Source: Candidatus Hydrogenedentota bacterium (GTDB lineage: Bacteria; Hydrogenedentota; Hydrogenedentia; Hydrogenedentales; SLHB01). From it: 64,000 nt of DNA. Below, in pieces: positions 11,701-21,672 of this stretch (its first letter is position 1; each line of letters opens with the position of its first letter). The stretch spans positions 352,001 to 416,000 of the forward strand of contig CAXXYE010000009.1 of assembly GCA_963674865.2 (NCBI GenBank), in the 5' to 3' direction. The position numbers and the translations under genes are program-made. The notes below the pieces were generated by a model that saw only the letters and a list, made by a program, of their open reading frames with translations, did no database searches and was not told the origin of the DNA.

Positions 11701-12571
11701 CATGGGAATGCAGGATACGGTCGACAACAAGCTCCGTAAGCTGCTCGCCTGATTCAGCCAAGATCTCGCCCGTCTCCGGATCGATCACTTCCCCGCCGGT
11801 CACGCGCCCCACCAGCTCGGCGGGCTCGAGAGATTTGCTGTTGACCCGGAACTTCGTGCGTCCCGGCACGGCAACATCCATCTGGTAGAAGAGTTTGAGG
11901 ATGTCCTCATTCTCCTCATAGTTGAAGGCCCGAAGGAAGGCCGTGGCAATCAGACGGGACCGGCGGTCGATGGTGAGCCACAGGATGTCGTTCACATCGT
12001 ACTCGAACTCAAGCCACGCGCCGCGGTAGGGGATAATCCGGGCGGACAGAAGGGCCTTGCCGTTCTGATGGATCTTTGTCTCAAAAGACACCCCGGGCGA
12101 CTTGTGCAACTGGCTGACGATGACACGTTCAGCGCCATTAATAATGAAAGTGCCCGTGGGCGTCATGAGCGGGAGTTCGCCGAGGAATACCTCTTGCTCC
12201 ACCATCATCCGCTCACGCGTGTCGTCACTGGACGTCCCCACGTGCTCCAGCTTGACCAGACGCAGTAGCGCCTTCAGTGAGGCCGCGTAGGTAAGCCCAC
12301 GCTGCTGGCACTCCTCGATGGTGTACTTCGGAGGCGTGAACGCGTAGTGCACGAACTCCAGACGCGTCATGCCGTCGGGCGAACTAATCGGGAAGACATC
12401 CAGGAAGACCTCCTGGAGCCCTTTGAGTCCCCGTTCCTCCGGCGGCACGTCCCATTGCAGGAAATCGTCGTAGGATTTCGTTTGGATCTCGATGAGATTA
12501 GGAAGCTCCATCTCATCGGGAATCCGGCCAAGTGATGGACGATCAACGGTTTCTTGTCGAGCGACAGCCAT
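8708..12571 (-). CDS. rpoB: RNA polymerase beta subunit
   Basis: [14 protein letters not shown], rif cluster [33 protein letters not shown] at 12571 with GAGGTG RBS. Confidence 0.99.
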   Translation of the reverse strand: MAVARQETVDRPSLGRIPDEMELPNLIEIQTKSYDDFLQWDVPPEERGLKGLQEVFLDVFPISSPDGMTRLEFVHYAFTPPKYTIEECQQRGLTYAASLKALLRLVKLEHVGTSSDDTRERMMVEQEVFLGELPLMTPTGTFIINGAERVIVSQLHKSPGVSFETKIHQNGKALLSARIIPYRGAWLEFEYDVNDILWLTIDRRSRLIATAFLRAFNYEENEDILKLFYQMDVAVPGRTKFRVNSKSLEPAELVGRVTGGEVIDPETGEILAESGEQLTELVVDRILHSHVKEFLLVNQEDYAQDASIINTLAADPTETEADALREVYARIRPGDPATESTTRTFFQRLFFDASRYDFAPVGRYKINRKLGLDIPQETKTLTPEDVVATLQYLVRLRSGEGVLDDIDHLGNRRVRAVGELLSNQVRIGLVRMERTVRERMNFQDEDQVTPQTLVNPKPVSAVIKDFFGRSQLSHFMDQINPLAELTHKRRLSALGPGGLSRERAGFEVRDVHTTHYGRICPIETPEGPNIGLMASLSTYARINEYGFLETPYFKVSNGKVQDTVELLSAYDEDNYVVAQANAPLDRNHRFTNPTVLSRHRGDFPKVGPDQVDYMDVSTKQLVSVAAALIPFLEHDDANRALMGSNMQRQAVPLLKTEAPLVGTGLEHVTAKNAGTVVRAERSGIVEYADSEIIRIRRTKRPTKNDNPFRAEEDEYRLKKYGRSNQNTCINQRPIVHKGDKVDEGDIIADGPATDGGELALGRNILCAFLPWEGYNFEDAILLSEDLVKDDVFTSIHIQVFDIEARDTKLGPEEVTRDIPNVSEDALKNLDESGIVRLGAKVKPGDILVGKVTPKGETELAPEEKLLRAIFGEKAEDVRDASLTVPPGVDGVVVDVRVCSRRDKAMDKAAKSALTAEVNKTKRYYEERIDAIRQTFLGLLRDDLVGLKIMEDVVDHNTDELVLEKGKRIKIAHLEKVDYSVLARLRVENAKLQQRITRLVNMAAMEEAKLIAFRDSRIETLRKGDELPPGVIKLVKVFVATKRRMSVGDKMAGRHGNKGVIAKILPVEDMPFLPDGTPVQILLNPLGVPSRMNVGQILETHLGWAAKALGMKVASPVFNGASEDVIRQFLKKAGLPESGKIKLRDGRSGSELDQEVTVGQIYMMKLNHLVDDKIHARAIGPYSLVTQQPLGGKAQFGGQRFGEMEVWALEAYGSAYTLQELLTIKSDDIQGRTKAYEAVVKGEREVDPGTPESFNVLVREMQSLCLDVIKLIKVESASDLDEEETLED

Positions 12572-12710
12572 GCAGATCACCTCTGTGTTGCGGGCTAATG
12601 TCAGTCGAGAGTTTTTGACATGAAGGACTTATGAGACACCCAGCGCGGCATCGCATTGTTCATTGTTATTCTGCAAAAGACAGATCTACCCTGTCGGTAG
12701 GCAAACGCAA

Positions 12711-12739
12711 ACTGTATCACACCCTTTCCGCTGTGTCAA
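12711..12739 (-). promoter_or_regulatory. sigma-70 promoter of rpoBC
   Basis: TTGACA (12739-12734), 17 nt, TACAGT (12716-12711). Confidence 0.75.
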
Positions 12740-12830
12740 GCGAAAAATCCCTCCTGGAATCCTTCCGGTGGCCGCGTAGCCTGCCGTCCCACACCGCCTT
12801 GCGAACCTTATCGTCGCTCGCCAGGTCAAA

Positions 12831-14696
12831 TTAGAAAAGTATAAATAACGATGTTTCTGCTGGGATTGCGCCCCGCGCCTTCCCGCGCCCACGCGTCACG
12901 GCCTCCGGACGGCCCTCGGCGATTCGGACACGCAGTAGCGGCTCCCCTCCTTCATCTCCCGGGACTACGAACTCCAGGTTCCATACGCCTGGCCCGTCCC
13001 CCTCCTTGCGGGACCAGCCGGCCCCAGCCCACGAGCCGTCCTCATCCACCGCCTCAACGGGAATGCCATCGAGCGCCAGTTTCTCCCCGGCCGCCTCAAT
13101 CAGAAATGAGATCGTCGTAGCATCCACTCGAGCGACCGCCACAATCGGCAACCGTCCCTCGGGAATGTCGGCCGGCCCTTGCGAGCCGGTCCCTCCTCCC
13201 CAGTGTTCAAGCAGGGCGAGTAGATCGTTCGCCGACCATCCCTCCAATGCCGGCGCCAATTCGCCTGATCCTAACAGGAAAGCCACGGCCTTCGCCAGTG
13301 ACGGCACATACGCCGGATCGACTTCACGGCCCGGCCTCTTCGCGGCCGCGCGAATCCTCAGCGCGGCGACAGCCCGGTCGGTCTTGCCCGCCGCTGCCAG
13401 TGCCCGCGGATAGGCCGGGCAACGCTCGGGAGGCGCGTGGGCGGAGCAGAAGTCCCGAAGCCGGACGAGAAACGCCCCAAGCTCGTTGTCATCAGGAGGC
13501 GGGAGCAGGGGTGGACGCGGCGGCGCCGCCTCCATGATCTCCGCAAACCACGCAGCCGCGCGAAGCGGATGCCCTTTAGCCAGTTCCGCGCGGGCCCGCC
13601 AAAGAAACGTCCGCGTCTCAACGGGAGAAATACCTTGGAACACGGCCATACGCTCCTCGATACGGCCAAAATGGCCCGCCTTGTAGTCGCGCGCGGCCAA
13701 CTCCTCGTAGTCGTACGGATGCTCAATGTTGCCTGGCAGGACCCATAGGCAGTTGACCACAATGAAGACCGTGGCCACGGCGACCCCGGCCTTGGGCAGT
13801 GTGGGTGGCAGGGCGCTCGGCTGGAACCGCCGTACCGCGTGCCGCGCGGCCAGGCCCAGGAGGAATGCCAGCGGCAGACGCGTTGTGAGGGGAAGCAGAA
13901 GGTGGGCGCACGCTCCCAAGAGCATCATGGCCAAGAGGAGGAGATGCAAGTCGTTGCCCTGTTCCCGCCGATCCACCTCGAGCTTCGCTGCCACGCGGGC
14001 CACCAGCCACCATGCCGTGGCGGCTATGGCCCATGCAGCCACAGACCGCCCCGCCAGGCGAGCCTGCCACTGAAAAGCCGGAGCGTCGCCTGATGACAGC
14101 AACACCACCAGCACGGCCAGCGCTCCTGCCAGGGCCGCGACCCGGACAGCCCGCGGCGCGTGGCGCCTCGCGGCCAAACGCAACAGGACCACGAGACAAA
14201 GGACCAGCGTCACCGCGACCCATTCGGGATCGTGAGAGAAGGGCGCGGGAAGACCCGTGGAAGGGAGATAGCTGACAGGCAAGACCGCCGTGAACCTGGA
14301 AAGCAGCATATACACGGCCAGACAACCCCCGGAGACGCCCGAAAAAAGGACCCATCTCTTGGCCACGCGGCGGGTCGGCCCGAAATGCACGGTGCTCACG
14401 AAGAGAATCACGCTGACGGGCGCCAGGCCCGCCGTCCAAGTGTCGCGCCGGACGGCGCTCGGGATCGTCAAGGCCAGTAGTAGGAGGCATGGCCACGTAA
14501 GCTCAAAAGGGAGACGCAACTTGCGGTTGAACGCGAGATCGAGGCCCGTCAAGACAGCCAGCGCCAACACGATCAGGTCGATGAGATCGAGTCCAGCTCC
14601 CGGGACATAGAGAAGGTACGAGAATCCGCCCCAAGGCCATATGACAGCAAGCACACCCAGAAGATACGCGGCGACTCTGGCCGGAAGTCCCTTCAC
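12831..14696 (-). CDS. Hypothetical polytopic membrane protein with C-terminal soluble helical (TPR-like) region
   Basis: Long ORF with about 10 hydrophobic segments then a soluble domain; GTG at 14696 with GGAGG RBS (ORF open to 14786). Confidence 0.7.
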   Translation of the reverse strand: MKGLPARVAAYLLGVLAVIWPWGGFSYLLYVPGAGLDLIDLIVLALAVLTGLDLAFNRKLRLPFELTWPCLLLLALTIPSAVRRDTWTAGLAPVSVILFVSTVHFGPTRRVAKRWVLFSGVSGGCLAVYMLLSRFTAVLPVSYLPSTGLPAPFSHDPEWVAVTLVLCLVVLLRLAARRHAPRAVRVAALAGALAVLVVLLSSGDAPAFQWQARLAGRSVAAWAIAATAWWLVARVAAKLEVDRREQGNDLHLLLLAMMLLGACAHLLLPLTTRLPLAFLLGLAARHAVRRFQPSALPPTLPKAGVAVATVFIVVNCLWVLPGNIEHPYDYEELAARDYKAGHFGRIEERMAVFQGISPVETRTFLWRARAELAKGHPLRAAAWFAEIMEAAPPRPPLLPPPDDNELGAFLVRLRDFCSAHAPPERCPAYPRALAAAGKTDRAVAALRIRAAAKRPGREVDPAYVPSLAKAVAFLLGSGELAPALEGWSANDLLALLEHWGGGTGSQGPADIPEGRLPIVAVARVDATTISFLIEAAGEKLALDGIPVEAVDEDGSWAGAGWSRKEGDGPGVWNLEFVVPGDEGGEPLLRVRIAEGRPEAVTRGRGKARGAIPAETSLFILF

Positions 14697-15094
14697 GGAA
14701 GCACCTCCGGATCCGAGGCTGCCGCCGGGGTGATGGCGCGGTGTTCGACCCCATGATGCGCAAGCCATTGAGCCATCCCCGCGCATAGAAGGAACGCAAT
14801 AACGAGAAGCGCGGCGATACGCCTCTCGAGCCTCATTCGTTGGATTGCGTCCCGCATTTCCCCGCTCTCCTAATTGCCGGCCCCGTCACGGCGCCGCGCG
14901 CATCTACCTAGCCCGCCTATTTCACCAATCCTATGCTCGAAAGGCTGTTTGGCCCTATGAATACGGGCCGGATTACGCTTGGCGCACAGCTTTGCGCCGT
15001 AACGTTTTGTCACCGGGCCATCGCCAGGCCACCGGGCGTCAACGTTCCTGACACCCCAGTAGACAAAAGATGAAATATGTGGGCCGCCTGGGAC

Positions 15095-15592
15095 TCATGC
15101 AATATCCAGGCTAGGATAAGCGCCCAAAAGCCTTAGGATACCCCGGTGAACCGAGTGAACGAAGCCCGGCTTCGGCAGGAAAAGGTAAGGGCAGTAGCCT
15201 GGGATCACGCTGACCCCCGCCTCTTCGCAAAGGCGGACGGCCTCCGGCACGACCGCGCCTTGCCCCGCCCCGCGGTGCAGCCATACTCGCCGTATGCCCG
15301 CTTCCAGACAATCGCGCACCACCTGCACTGAAGCGCCCGGGGGTGTCATAACGAGCACCCACTCCACCGGAGGGTCGATCTCCTGCACACGCTTAGAGCA
15401 CTTCCTTCCTTCGATATCATCCGCTTCCAGGTTGACGGGCTGAACGTCATAGCCCCGGCTGAGCATGTCGCGCATCAAAGCGCGTGAGAAATCACGCCCA
15501 TTCCGGGACACGCCGGCCATGGCCAGGCGTGTCCGGACAAGACAATCCTCAATGCGCGTGCGCACCCGGTTGTTTGTCTGCGTATGTTTCAT
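15095..15592 (-). CDS. CoA-binding domain protein (YccU-like)
   Basis: AMAGVSR, YDVQPVN, GIRRVWLHRG, VIPGYCPY; ATG at 15592 overlaps the tatD 3' end. Confidence 0.85.
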   Translation of the reverse strand: MKHTQTNNRVRTRIEDCLVRTRLAMAGVSRNGRDFSRALMRDMLSRGYDVQPVNLEADDIEGRKCSKRVQEIDPPVEWVLVMTPPGASVQVVRDCLEAGIRRVWLHRGAGQGAVVPEAVRLCEEAGVSVIPGYCPYLFLPKPGFVHSVHRGILRLLGAYPSLDIA

Positions 15593-16361
15593 CTTCGGAG
15601 ACTCCAAACAAACGCGCCGCGTTAGCCGTCGTCTGACGGGCGAATTGATCGAGCGGGATGCCGCGAAGCTCCGCCAAGAAAGCCGCCGTGTGGTGGACAT
15701 GCCCCGGCTCCGAACGCTTGACGCGCCCGCGCAGTGGGTGCGGGACCAGATACGGACTATCCGTTTCGACAAGGAGGCGCTCCACTGCCACAGCACCTGC
15801 GGCCTCGCGAAGGTTATCCGCATTCCTGTACGTGACGTTCCCTGCAAAGGAGATATAGAATCCCCATTCGATGCACCGCTCCGCGAAGGCGGCGTCGCCC
15901 GAGAAGCAGTGCATGACGCCGGACGGCCGCTGGTCGCCCGCCGCGTCAATGATCGCCGTTAGATCCTCATGGGCGTCCCGATTGTGAATGATAACCGGCA
16001 AACCTATCTCGTGGGCAAGCCCAAGCTGACGCTCGAAAGCCCGGCGCTGCTCCGGCGCCGGCGAATACATGTAATGATAGTCCAGTCCGATCTCCCCGAG
16101 GGCGACCACGCAAGGCTGGTGAACCAACGCTTCGATTTCATCGAGCGTCGCGGTGCCGAACTGAGACGCGTGATGCGGGTGGACGCCCGCCGACGCGTAC
16201 AAACGCTCTCCCGCCATGCCGACCGCCGCGCGGCTCGAGGCGACGTCGTCGCCCACGACCACAGCCCAAGCCAAGTCGGACAGGGCCCGAGCCACAACCT
16301 CCCCCCGATCCGAATCGAACGCCGGATCTTGGAGATGACAGTGTGAATCCACCAGTTTCAT
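15549..16361 (-). CDS. tatD: TatD-family deoxyribonuclease
   Basis: DSHCHL, GVHPH, GEIGLDY, HNRDA, HCFSG, ETDSPYL. Confidence 0.95.
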   Translation of the reverse strand: MKLVDSHCHLQDPAFDSDRGEVVARALSDLAWAVVVGDDVASSRAAVGMAGERLYASAGVHPHHASQFGTATLDEIEALVHQPCVVALGEIGLDYHYMYSPAPEQRRAFERQLGLAHEIGLPVIIHNRDAHEDLTAIIDAAGDQRPSGVMHCFSGDAAFAERCIEWGFYISFAGNVTYRNADNLREAAGAVAVERLLVETDSPYLVPHPLRGRVKRSEPGHVHHTAAFLAELRGIPLDQFARQTTANAARLFGVSEDETYADKQPGAHAH

Positions 16362-16388
16362 GAGGTCTAGAGCCTTGCATCGTAGAGC

Positions 16389-16420
16389 AACTCCACAGTG
16401 CCGCGCACACGGCGCTTGGA
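16389..16420. repeat. Dispersed intergenic repeat, copy 1 (other copies 44090-44131 and 58717-58745)
   Basis: AACTCCACAGTGCCGCGCACACGGCGCTTGGA is 30/32 identical to 44100-44131. Confidence 0.75.
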
Positions 16421-16490
16421 AGTTACTTCATTGACTTGGCGCGCGAAAGAATCGGCGATCCTGCCGTCAAGAGCACGTTCCGGCCGTAGC

Positions 16491-17522
16491 TTACTTGTGC
16501 GGACGATTGTGCGGGTGCTTCTTCTTGCGTTTCCGCCGCCGGTGCTTACGACGAGGCGTTCCCTCCTCGCCGGACTTTTCTGTGGCGGATGCATCCACAC
16601 TTGGAGGAGCGCCGCCCTCCGCTTTCGCCGCGGATTCGGCCTGAGTCTCCTCGGTGCTCGAAGCGGCAGCCTCCGCCGGTGGCGAGGCGACCTCGGTGCA
16701 CTTCGGCTCACGAGGCCCGCCATTCTCCGTGTCTACCGCTCCCGTAACCGCCGCGAATTCGCTGCTTTCATCGGCCGACGGCCCAATGTCCTCCGCTGCG
16801 GCATCTCCATCCGGGGCCGCCTTGGCGTCTTCATCCGAAGGAGGTTTCTCTTGAGTTGCGGCTTTCGAGGCGCCCCGCTTCCTCGACGGATACTGGTCGT
16901 TTTCGTAGCTCAGACAACACATCAAGCGGCCGCACTGGCCGCTGATCTTGGCGGGATTGAGCGAGAGGCTCTGGCGTTTGGCCATCTTCATGGAAATGGG
17001 CACAAATCCCGACAACCACGCCCTGCAACACAATTCCAGGCCGCACGACCCGATGCCGCCCACCATTTTCGCCTCATCGCGAACCTGGATGTGCCGCAGT
17101 TCGATGCGCGTCTTCAATTCATGGGCAAGATCGCGAACAAGCTCCCGGAAATCCACCCGATCATCCGCCGTGAAATAGAAGATCACCCTTCGCTTATCGA
17201 AGGTGTACTCGGCATCGACAAGCTTCATCGGCAGGTGCCGCTCGGCCACCTTCCGCTTGCACAACTGCAGAGCCTTCTCCTCCTCGACCAGCAACTGCTT
17301 GTAAGTCATCTCGTCGTGCGTGTTCGCACGCCGCACCACCTGCATCGTCAGCCGCTTGGCCATTTCCTCCGGACACGGCTCCGGCGGCACGACGCACGTG
17401 CCGAACTCGAGGCCGCGGTCGCTGCGGACAATGCAGGGCTCGTCGCGTTCAAGAGGCACATCGCGACATAAGAAGGTGAAGACCCGCGTGGGCTTTCGCA
17501 GCCGGACCTTAGCGGTTTCCAT
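16491..17522 (-). CDS. ricT: PSP1-domain protein (RicT/YaaT family) with low-complexity C-terminal tail
   Basis: FYFTADDRVDFRELVRDLA, GGIGSCGLELCC, KISGQCGRLMCCLSYE; downstream of holB. Confidence 0.88.
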   Translation of the reverse strand: METAKVRLRKPTRVFTFLCRDVPLERDEPCIVRSDRGLEFGTCVVPPEPCPEEMAKRLTMQVVRRANTHDEMTYKQLLVEEEKALQLCKRKVAERHLPMKLVDAEYTFDKRRVIFYFTADDRVDFRELVRDLAHELKTRIELRHIQVRDEAKMVGGIGSCGLELCCRAWLSGFVPISMKMAKRQSLSLNPAKISGQCGRLMCCLSYENDQYPSRKRGASKAATQEKPPSDEDAKAAPDGDAAAEDIGPSADESSEFAAVTGAVDTENGGPREPKCTEVASPPAEAAASSTEETQAESAAKAEGGAPPSVDASATEKSGEEGTPRRKHRRRKRKKKHPHNRPHK

Positions 17523-17633
17523 ACCAGATATAACTCCTAAACGGCGCGGTACCTGAGCTTGGCTCGCCTACGCTACGTTCGCCGTTCCTGTCCCGTGGCG
17601 ACGAGGCGCGAGAAAACGGCGTTGCCCGCAACG

Positions 17634-18719
17634 TCACTCCGCCAGCACAAAGAAGAGGTCGCGAAAAACGCGCTCCTCATTCAGGAAGCGCTCCAAATAC
17701 CTCCGCGCCGTGTCGATTGCGTTGATTTTGCTCTCCGGGTCGCGCACCTGAGCAGCTTCGAGCCGCTCCATATAATCCCGGTTCAGAATAGCGCCGGCGC
17801 CCGCTGTCGCACCGTACACTAACGCGTCCCGGTACCAGGTCTCGAACAGATACAAGTATTCCATTGTATCACGCCGGCATAGGGCGTCGACCAAAGCGTT
17901 CTGTTCTTCCTGTTGCCTCTCCCTGTCGGCCTTGCCGAGTTCGTCGTCCCGATCCGGCACAAACGCCTCTTTCACCGTACTCAGAACCTGCTTTTTCTGA
18001 TCGTCCAGGAGCTTCGTGAATTCCTCGGCCAGTTCGACGGGATCATCGCCCGCGGCGAGGCGCCGCGTGATCTCGGCGACGGCCGTCCGCTTCTCCGAAT
18101 CGACCAAGTCGAAAGCGCGCGTCATCTGCCCCTGCGCCAAGGATGCCACCGCTTGTGCATGGTGCTCATCAAGCCCGCGTTCTCTCTGAAGGATCGCCGC
18201 CACCGTTGTCGGGCTCAGCCTCCCGAAACGAACCATCTGGCAACGCGATCGTATGGTGGGCAGCAAGAGCCCGGGAAACTCCGTTACCAGAAGGAACAAC
18301 GAGTTGCCCGGCGGCTCTTCCAACGTTTTCAGGAAGTGATTCTGCGCCGGGTGACGCATTCTGTCAGCATCCTGAAAGATGAAGACCCGCCATTGCCCCT
18401 CGAACGGCCTCAGCGTAGCCATTTCGGTTACGCTCTCGACGGCCTCCACGTCGATGGTGCGCGACTTCTTAACAGGTACGACATACTGCACATCCGGATG
18501 ATTGCCGCTGACCACCTTCCGGCAGGAAAGGCATGTGCCGCAAGGCTTCTCGCCCTTCCCCGAGCAATTGACCGCCTTGGCCATCTCGGTGGCCGTCATC
18601 CGCTTCCCGACGCCGCCGGGACCCCAGAAAAGCATCGCGTTGGGCACCCGCCCCCGGCCGATGAGGTTCTTCAAGAGGCGAACAGGTACGGCTTGATCTC
18701 TAATGTCCTCAAATGCCAC
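17634..18719 (-). CDS. holB: DNA polymerase III delta' subunit
   Basis: GPGGVGK, CGTCLSC, HPD, LKTLEEPP, LLPTIRSRC; follows tmk. Confidence 0.93.
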   Translation of the reverse strand: MAFEDIRDQAVPVRLLKNLIGRGRVPNAMLFWGPGGVGKRMTATEMAKAVNCSGKGEKPCGTCLSCRKVVSGNHPDVQYVVPVKKSRTIDVEAVESVTEMATLRPFEGQWRVFIFQDADRMRHPAQNHFLKTLEEPPGNSLFLLVTEFPGLLLPTIRSRCQMVRFGRLSPTTVAAILQRERGLDEHHAQAVASLAQGQMTRAFDLVDSEKRTAVAEITRRLAAGDDPVELAEEFTKLLDDQKKQVLSTVKEAFVPDRDDELGKADRERQQEEQNALVDALCRRDTMEYLYLFETWYRDALVYGATAGAGAILNRDYMERLEAAQVRDPESKINAIDTARRYLERFLNEERVFRDLFFVLAE

Positions 18720-19345
18720 TAGCTATTCCCCATAAGGGATGTCACAAGCGCGCGAATATCTTCCGTGACCGCCTCAATGGACCGCGCCGCATCCACGACC
18801 TTGACGCGATCCGGTTCCAGTTCCGCCAGCCGCAGAAATCCCGCACGGACCTTCTCGTGGAATGCAAGCGGCTCCGCCTCCATCCGATCCCGTTTCCGCC
18901 GGGCGGTGCGGGCGAGCCCATCGGAGGGCGGGAGATCGAGAACAATGGTGAGGTCGGGCCACACGCCCGCCGTCGCGATCCGGTGCAGTTCTTGCACCAT
19001 ATCGAGAGGCAAGTCACGCCCCGCGCCTTGGTACGCCGTCGTCGAGTCCGCAAACCGATCGCACAGAACGATTTTTCCGTCGGCCAATGCCGGACGGATG
19101 CATTCTTCAACCAATTGAGCCCGGGCCGCTTCGTAGAGCAGCAATTCCGCCATCGAACAAAGCGCCGTATTCGCGGGATCAAGCAGAATACGGCGGACGG
19201 CCTCGCCCGTGGTCGTGCCGCCGGGCTCCCGGGTGGCGATCACCTGGTGGCCCTGGCTGGCGAGGCAGTCCCGTAGACGCCGGATCTGGGTGGATTTTCC
19301 GCAGCCTTCGACGCCTTCGATGGTGACGAAGAGCCCCTCCATCAC
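18719..19345 (-). CDS. tmk: Thymidylate kinase
   Basis: IEGVEGCGKSTQ, TREPGGT, LCDRFADSTTAYQG. Confidence 0.96.
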   Translation of the reverse strand: MMEGLFVTIEGVEGCGKSTQIRRLRDCLASQGHQVIATREPGGTTTGEAVRRILLDPANTALCSMAELLLYEAARAQLVEECIRPALADGKIVLCDRFADSTTAYQGAGRDLPLDMVQELHRIATAGVWPDLTIVLDLPPSDGLARTARRKRDRMEAEPLAFHEKVRAGFLRLAELEPDRVKVVDAARSIEAVTEDIRALVTSLMGNS

Positions 19346-20199
19346 TCGGCGACCCGCGCCCGGGCCTCCCGGGCTGAACGGAAGAACGCGTCCAGCTCAT
19401 CCGCGGCGCCTCGCGAGATGATGTCGCGCGCAGCGTCGAGATGCTCCCCAAGAACGCGAAGCCCCTCCGCGATCGCTTCGCGATTTGTCAGGCAGATATC
19501 CCGCCATACCTCGGGGCGGCCCGAGGCGATGCGCGTGACATCGCGGAACCCCTCTCCGATAACCGGGCGGATGCCCTCTTGCGCGGCGGCCAGTTCCGCC
19601 ACGCACGCCGCGACGACGTGAGGAATGTGGCTGCTGCGGGCCACCAAGGCGTCATGCAGCGCAGGCTTGAACTCCACCACTTTGGAGCCCACGCTCTGCC
19701 AGAGTCCGCACACCGCCTGATGTGCCTCCGCCGCGACGCCGTCCCCGGCGGCCACAATCGTAACGGAGCCCTCATAAAGCGTCGGGTCGGCATACTCCGG
19801 CCCGAACTTCTCGGATCCGGCCATAGGATGACTGCCCACAAAGCGATACGGCGCGGGCCATGTCCGCTCCGCATGGGAGCAAATCACCGCCTTGGTGCTT
19901 GCAACGTCCGTTACCACCGTCTCCGCGCCGCAGACGGGCAAGATCTCGTCCATCTTGTCCGTGACGCAAGCCGCGGGCGTGCAGATAACAATGAGATCGG
20001 CGCCCTTCGCCGCTGCCCGGGCATCGAGGTAGACCTCGTCAACCGTGCCCTTTTCGAGCGCCTTGTCGAGCGATGTCTGGCGATGCCCCACGCCGCGGAT
20101 GCGCCCCGCCAAGCCCCGCGCCTTGAGGGCCAATCCCAGCGAGCCGCCGAGAAGGCCCACCCCGATGATAGTCACAGTGTCGAAGGGCCGGTTCATCAT
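19342..20199 (-). CDS. tyrA: Prephenate/arogenate dehydrogenase
   Basis: GVGLLGGS, TDVASTK, HPMAGSE, SHIPH, GFRDVTRIA. Confidence 0.92.
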   Translation of the reverse strand: MMNRPFDTVTIIGVGLLGGSLGLALKARGLAGRIRGVGHRQTSLDKALEKGTVDEVYLDARAAAKGADLIVICTPAACVTDKMDEILPVCGAETVVTDVASTKAVICSHAERTWPAPYRFVGSHPMAGSEKFGPEYADPTLYEGSVTIVAAGDGVAAEAHQAVCGLWQSVGSKVVEFKPALHDALVARSSHIPHVVAACVAELAAAQEGIRPVIGEGFRDVTRIASGRPEVWRDICLTNREAIAEGLRVLGEHLDAARDIISRGAADELDAFFRSAREARARVAE

Positions 20200-20248
20200 C
20201 CCGCTTTTCTCACAACCGCATAGTGAAACTGCGCGTGAGCCATTCGGC

Positions 20249-20974
20249 TTATCCCTCCGCGGCCGTCTTCACGGCTTCTTCAAGCGTGAAAGCGCTCAGG
20301 TAAAGAGCACGGCCAACGATCACTTCATCTACCCCGCGCGACTCCAGGTTCCGCAAGCGGCGGATGTCCTCAAGCGAGGATACGCCGCCCGATGCCGTAA
20401 CCGGCACCGAAACCGCGTCGGCCACCGCGCCCGTGGTATCCACGTTGGGGCCCTTCATCAACCCGTCGCTGAGAATATCCGTATAGATGATCCGGCTGGC
20501 GCCGGCGTCGCAGACAGTGCGGGCGAATGCGGTCGCATCCGTTTGCGTCAATTCCGTCCAGCCCTGGACGGCCACTTTGCCCGCGCGGGCATCGATGCCC
20601 ACCGCGATGCGCCCCGGGAATGCCGCAGCTGCTTCCCGCAGAAAGGCGGGGTCGTTGTGCGCCGCCGTGCCCAAAATGACCCGCTCGGCGCCCGCGGCGA
20701 ATACGGTTTGCACAGAGGCCATATCGCGGATTCCGCCGCCTACCTCGAAAGGTACGCCGGCCGCGGCAATGGCTTGAAGTTCATCCTCGATACAAACCCG
20801 TCCGGCCTTGGCGCCGTCGAGGTCCACAAGGTGAACCAGACCTCCGCAGCGACGATGCCACTCCACCGCCTGGGCAACCGGGTCCGTTGAAAAAACCGTC
20901 TCCTGCTCGTAGTCGCCTTGCACCAGGTTGACGCACAGGCCGCCGCGAATATCGACCGCGGGCACGATCCGCAT
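20249..20974 (-). CDS. hisA: ProFAR isomerase (histidine biosynthesis)
   Basis: PAVDIRGG, HLVDLDGA, VGGGIRD, YTDI, ASGGV. Confidence 0.94.
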   Translation of the reverse strand: MRIVPAVDIRGGLCVNLVQGDYEQETVFSTDPVAQAVEWHRRCGGLVHLVDLDGAKAGRVCIEDELQAIAAAGVPFEVGGGIRDMASVQTVFAAGAERVILGTAAHNDPAFLREAAAAFPGRIAVGIDARAGKVAVQGWTELTQTDATAFARTVCDAGASRIIYTDILSDGLMKGPNVDTTGAVADAVSVPVTASGGVSSLEDIRRLRNLESRGVDEVIVGRALYLSAFTLEEAVKTAAEG

Positions 20975-20976
20975 AG

Positions 20977-21342
20977 TCAGGACGCGGCTTCCAGTTTCGC
21001 CTTCACCTGCTCGACAATCTCGTTGAACCGTGTCTCATCAGTGGCGGCGATTTCAGCCAGCACCTTTCGATTCAGGTCGATATTGGCGAGTTTGAGGCCG
21101 CAAATGAAGCGGCTGTAACTGATGCCGCAGGCCCGGGTGGCCGCGTTAATGCGCGCGATCCACAACTTGCGAAAATCACGCTTGCGCGCTTTGCGATCTC
21201 GGTACGCATAAGTTCCGGCGTGCTCCACCGCTTGGCGGGCCGTCTTGAGAAGCCGGTGACGGCTGCCGCGGTATCCGGAAGCGAGTTTCGTATATTTCTT
21301 ACGCCGGCTGCGCGATGCCGGGGCACTGGTTGCGCGTGGCAT
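20977..21342 (-). CDS. rplT: 50S ribosomal protein L20
   Basis: YAYRDRKARKRDFRKLWIARINA, LNRKVLAEIA. Confidence 0.97.
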   Translation of the reverse strand: MPRATSAPASRSRRKKYTKLASGYRGSRHRLLKTARQAVEHAGTYAYRDRKARKRDFRKLWIARINAATRACGISYSRFICGLKLANIDLNRKVLAEIAATDETRFNEIVEQVKAKLEAAS

Positions 21343-21393
21343 GGCTTGAACTCCTTTCTTCTGTCAAAGCTATGGGAGGAAACGCGCGGCGCG

Positions 21394-21591
21394 TCACCCG
21401 TAGGGGAGCATCTGCTTGATGCGCGTTACATCCTCAGGGCTCATCAGCGCGGCCTTGCGCAAGTTGCGACGACGCTTCGGCGATTTGCCGCTCATTAGGT
21501 GCTGGCTATAAGCCATGTTCCGCTTCATTTTCCCGCTCTTCGTCCGCTTGAACCGCTTTGCTGCCGAGCGGTTTGTCTTCATCTTAGGCAT
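21394..21591 (-). CDS. rpmI: 50S ribosomal protein L35
   Basis: [15 protein letters not shown]...MLPY; AGGAGG RBS. Confidence 0.97.
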   Translation of the reverse strand: MPKMKTNRSAAKRFKRTKSGKMKRNMAYSQHLMSGKSPKRRRNLRKAALMSPEDVTRIKQMLPYG

Positions 21592-21672
21592 AAAACGACC
21601 TCCTGGAGGCACAAAACTCCTGTCCCGCTCTCGCATGTGGGCCGACGTACGCGGCCCGCCACGGGCGCTAGG

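Noticed and set aside
6701..11752. 1683-aa ORF antisense to rpoC/rpoB
   Set aside because: Shadow frame produced by high-GC codon bias in two genes that share a frame; no recognisable motifs
20249..20974. Bifunctional PriA
   Set aside because: Has the HisA-type GGG motif (VGGGIRD), not SGG
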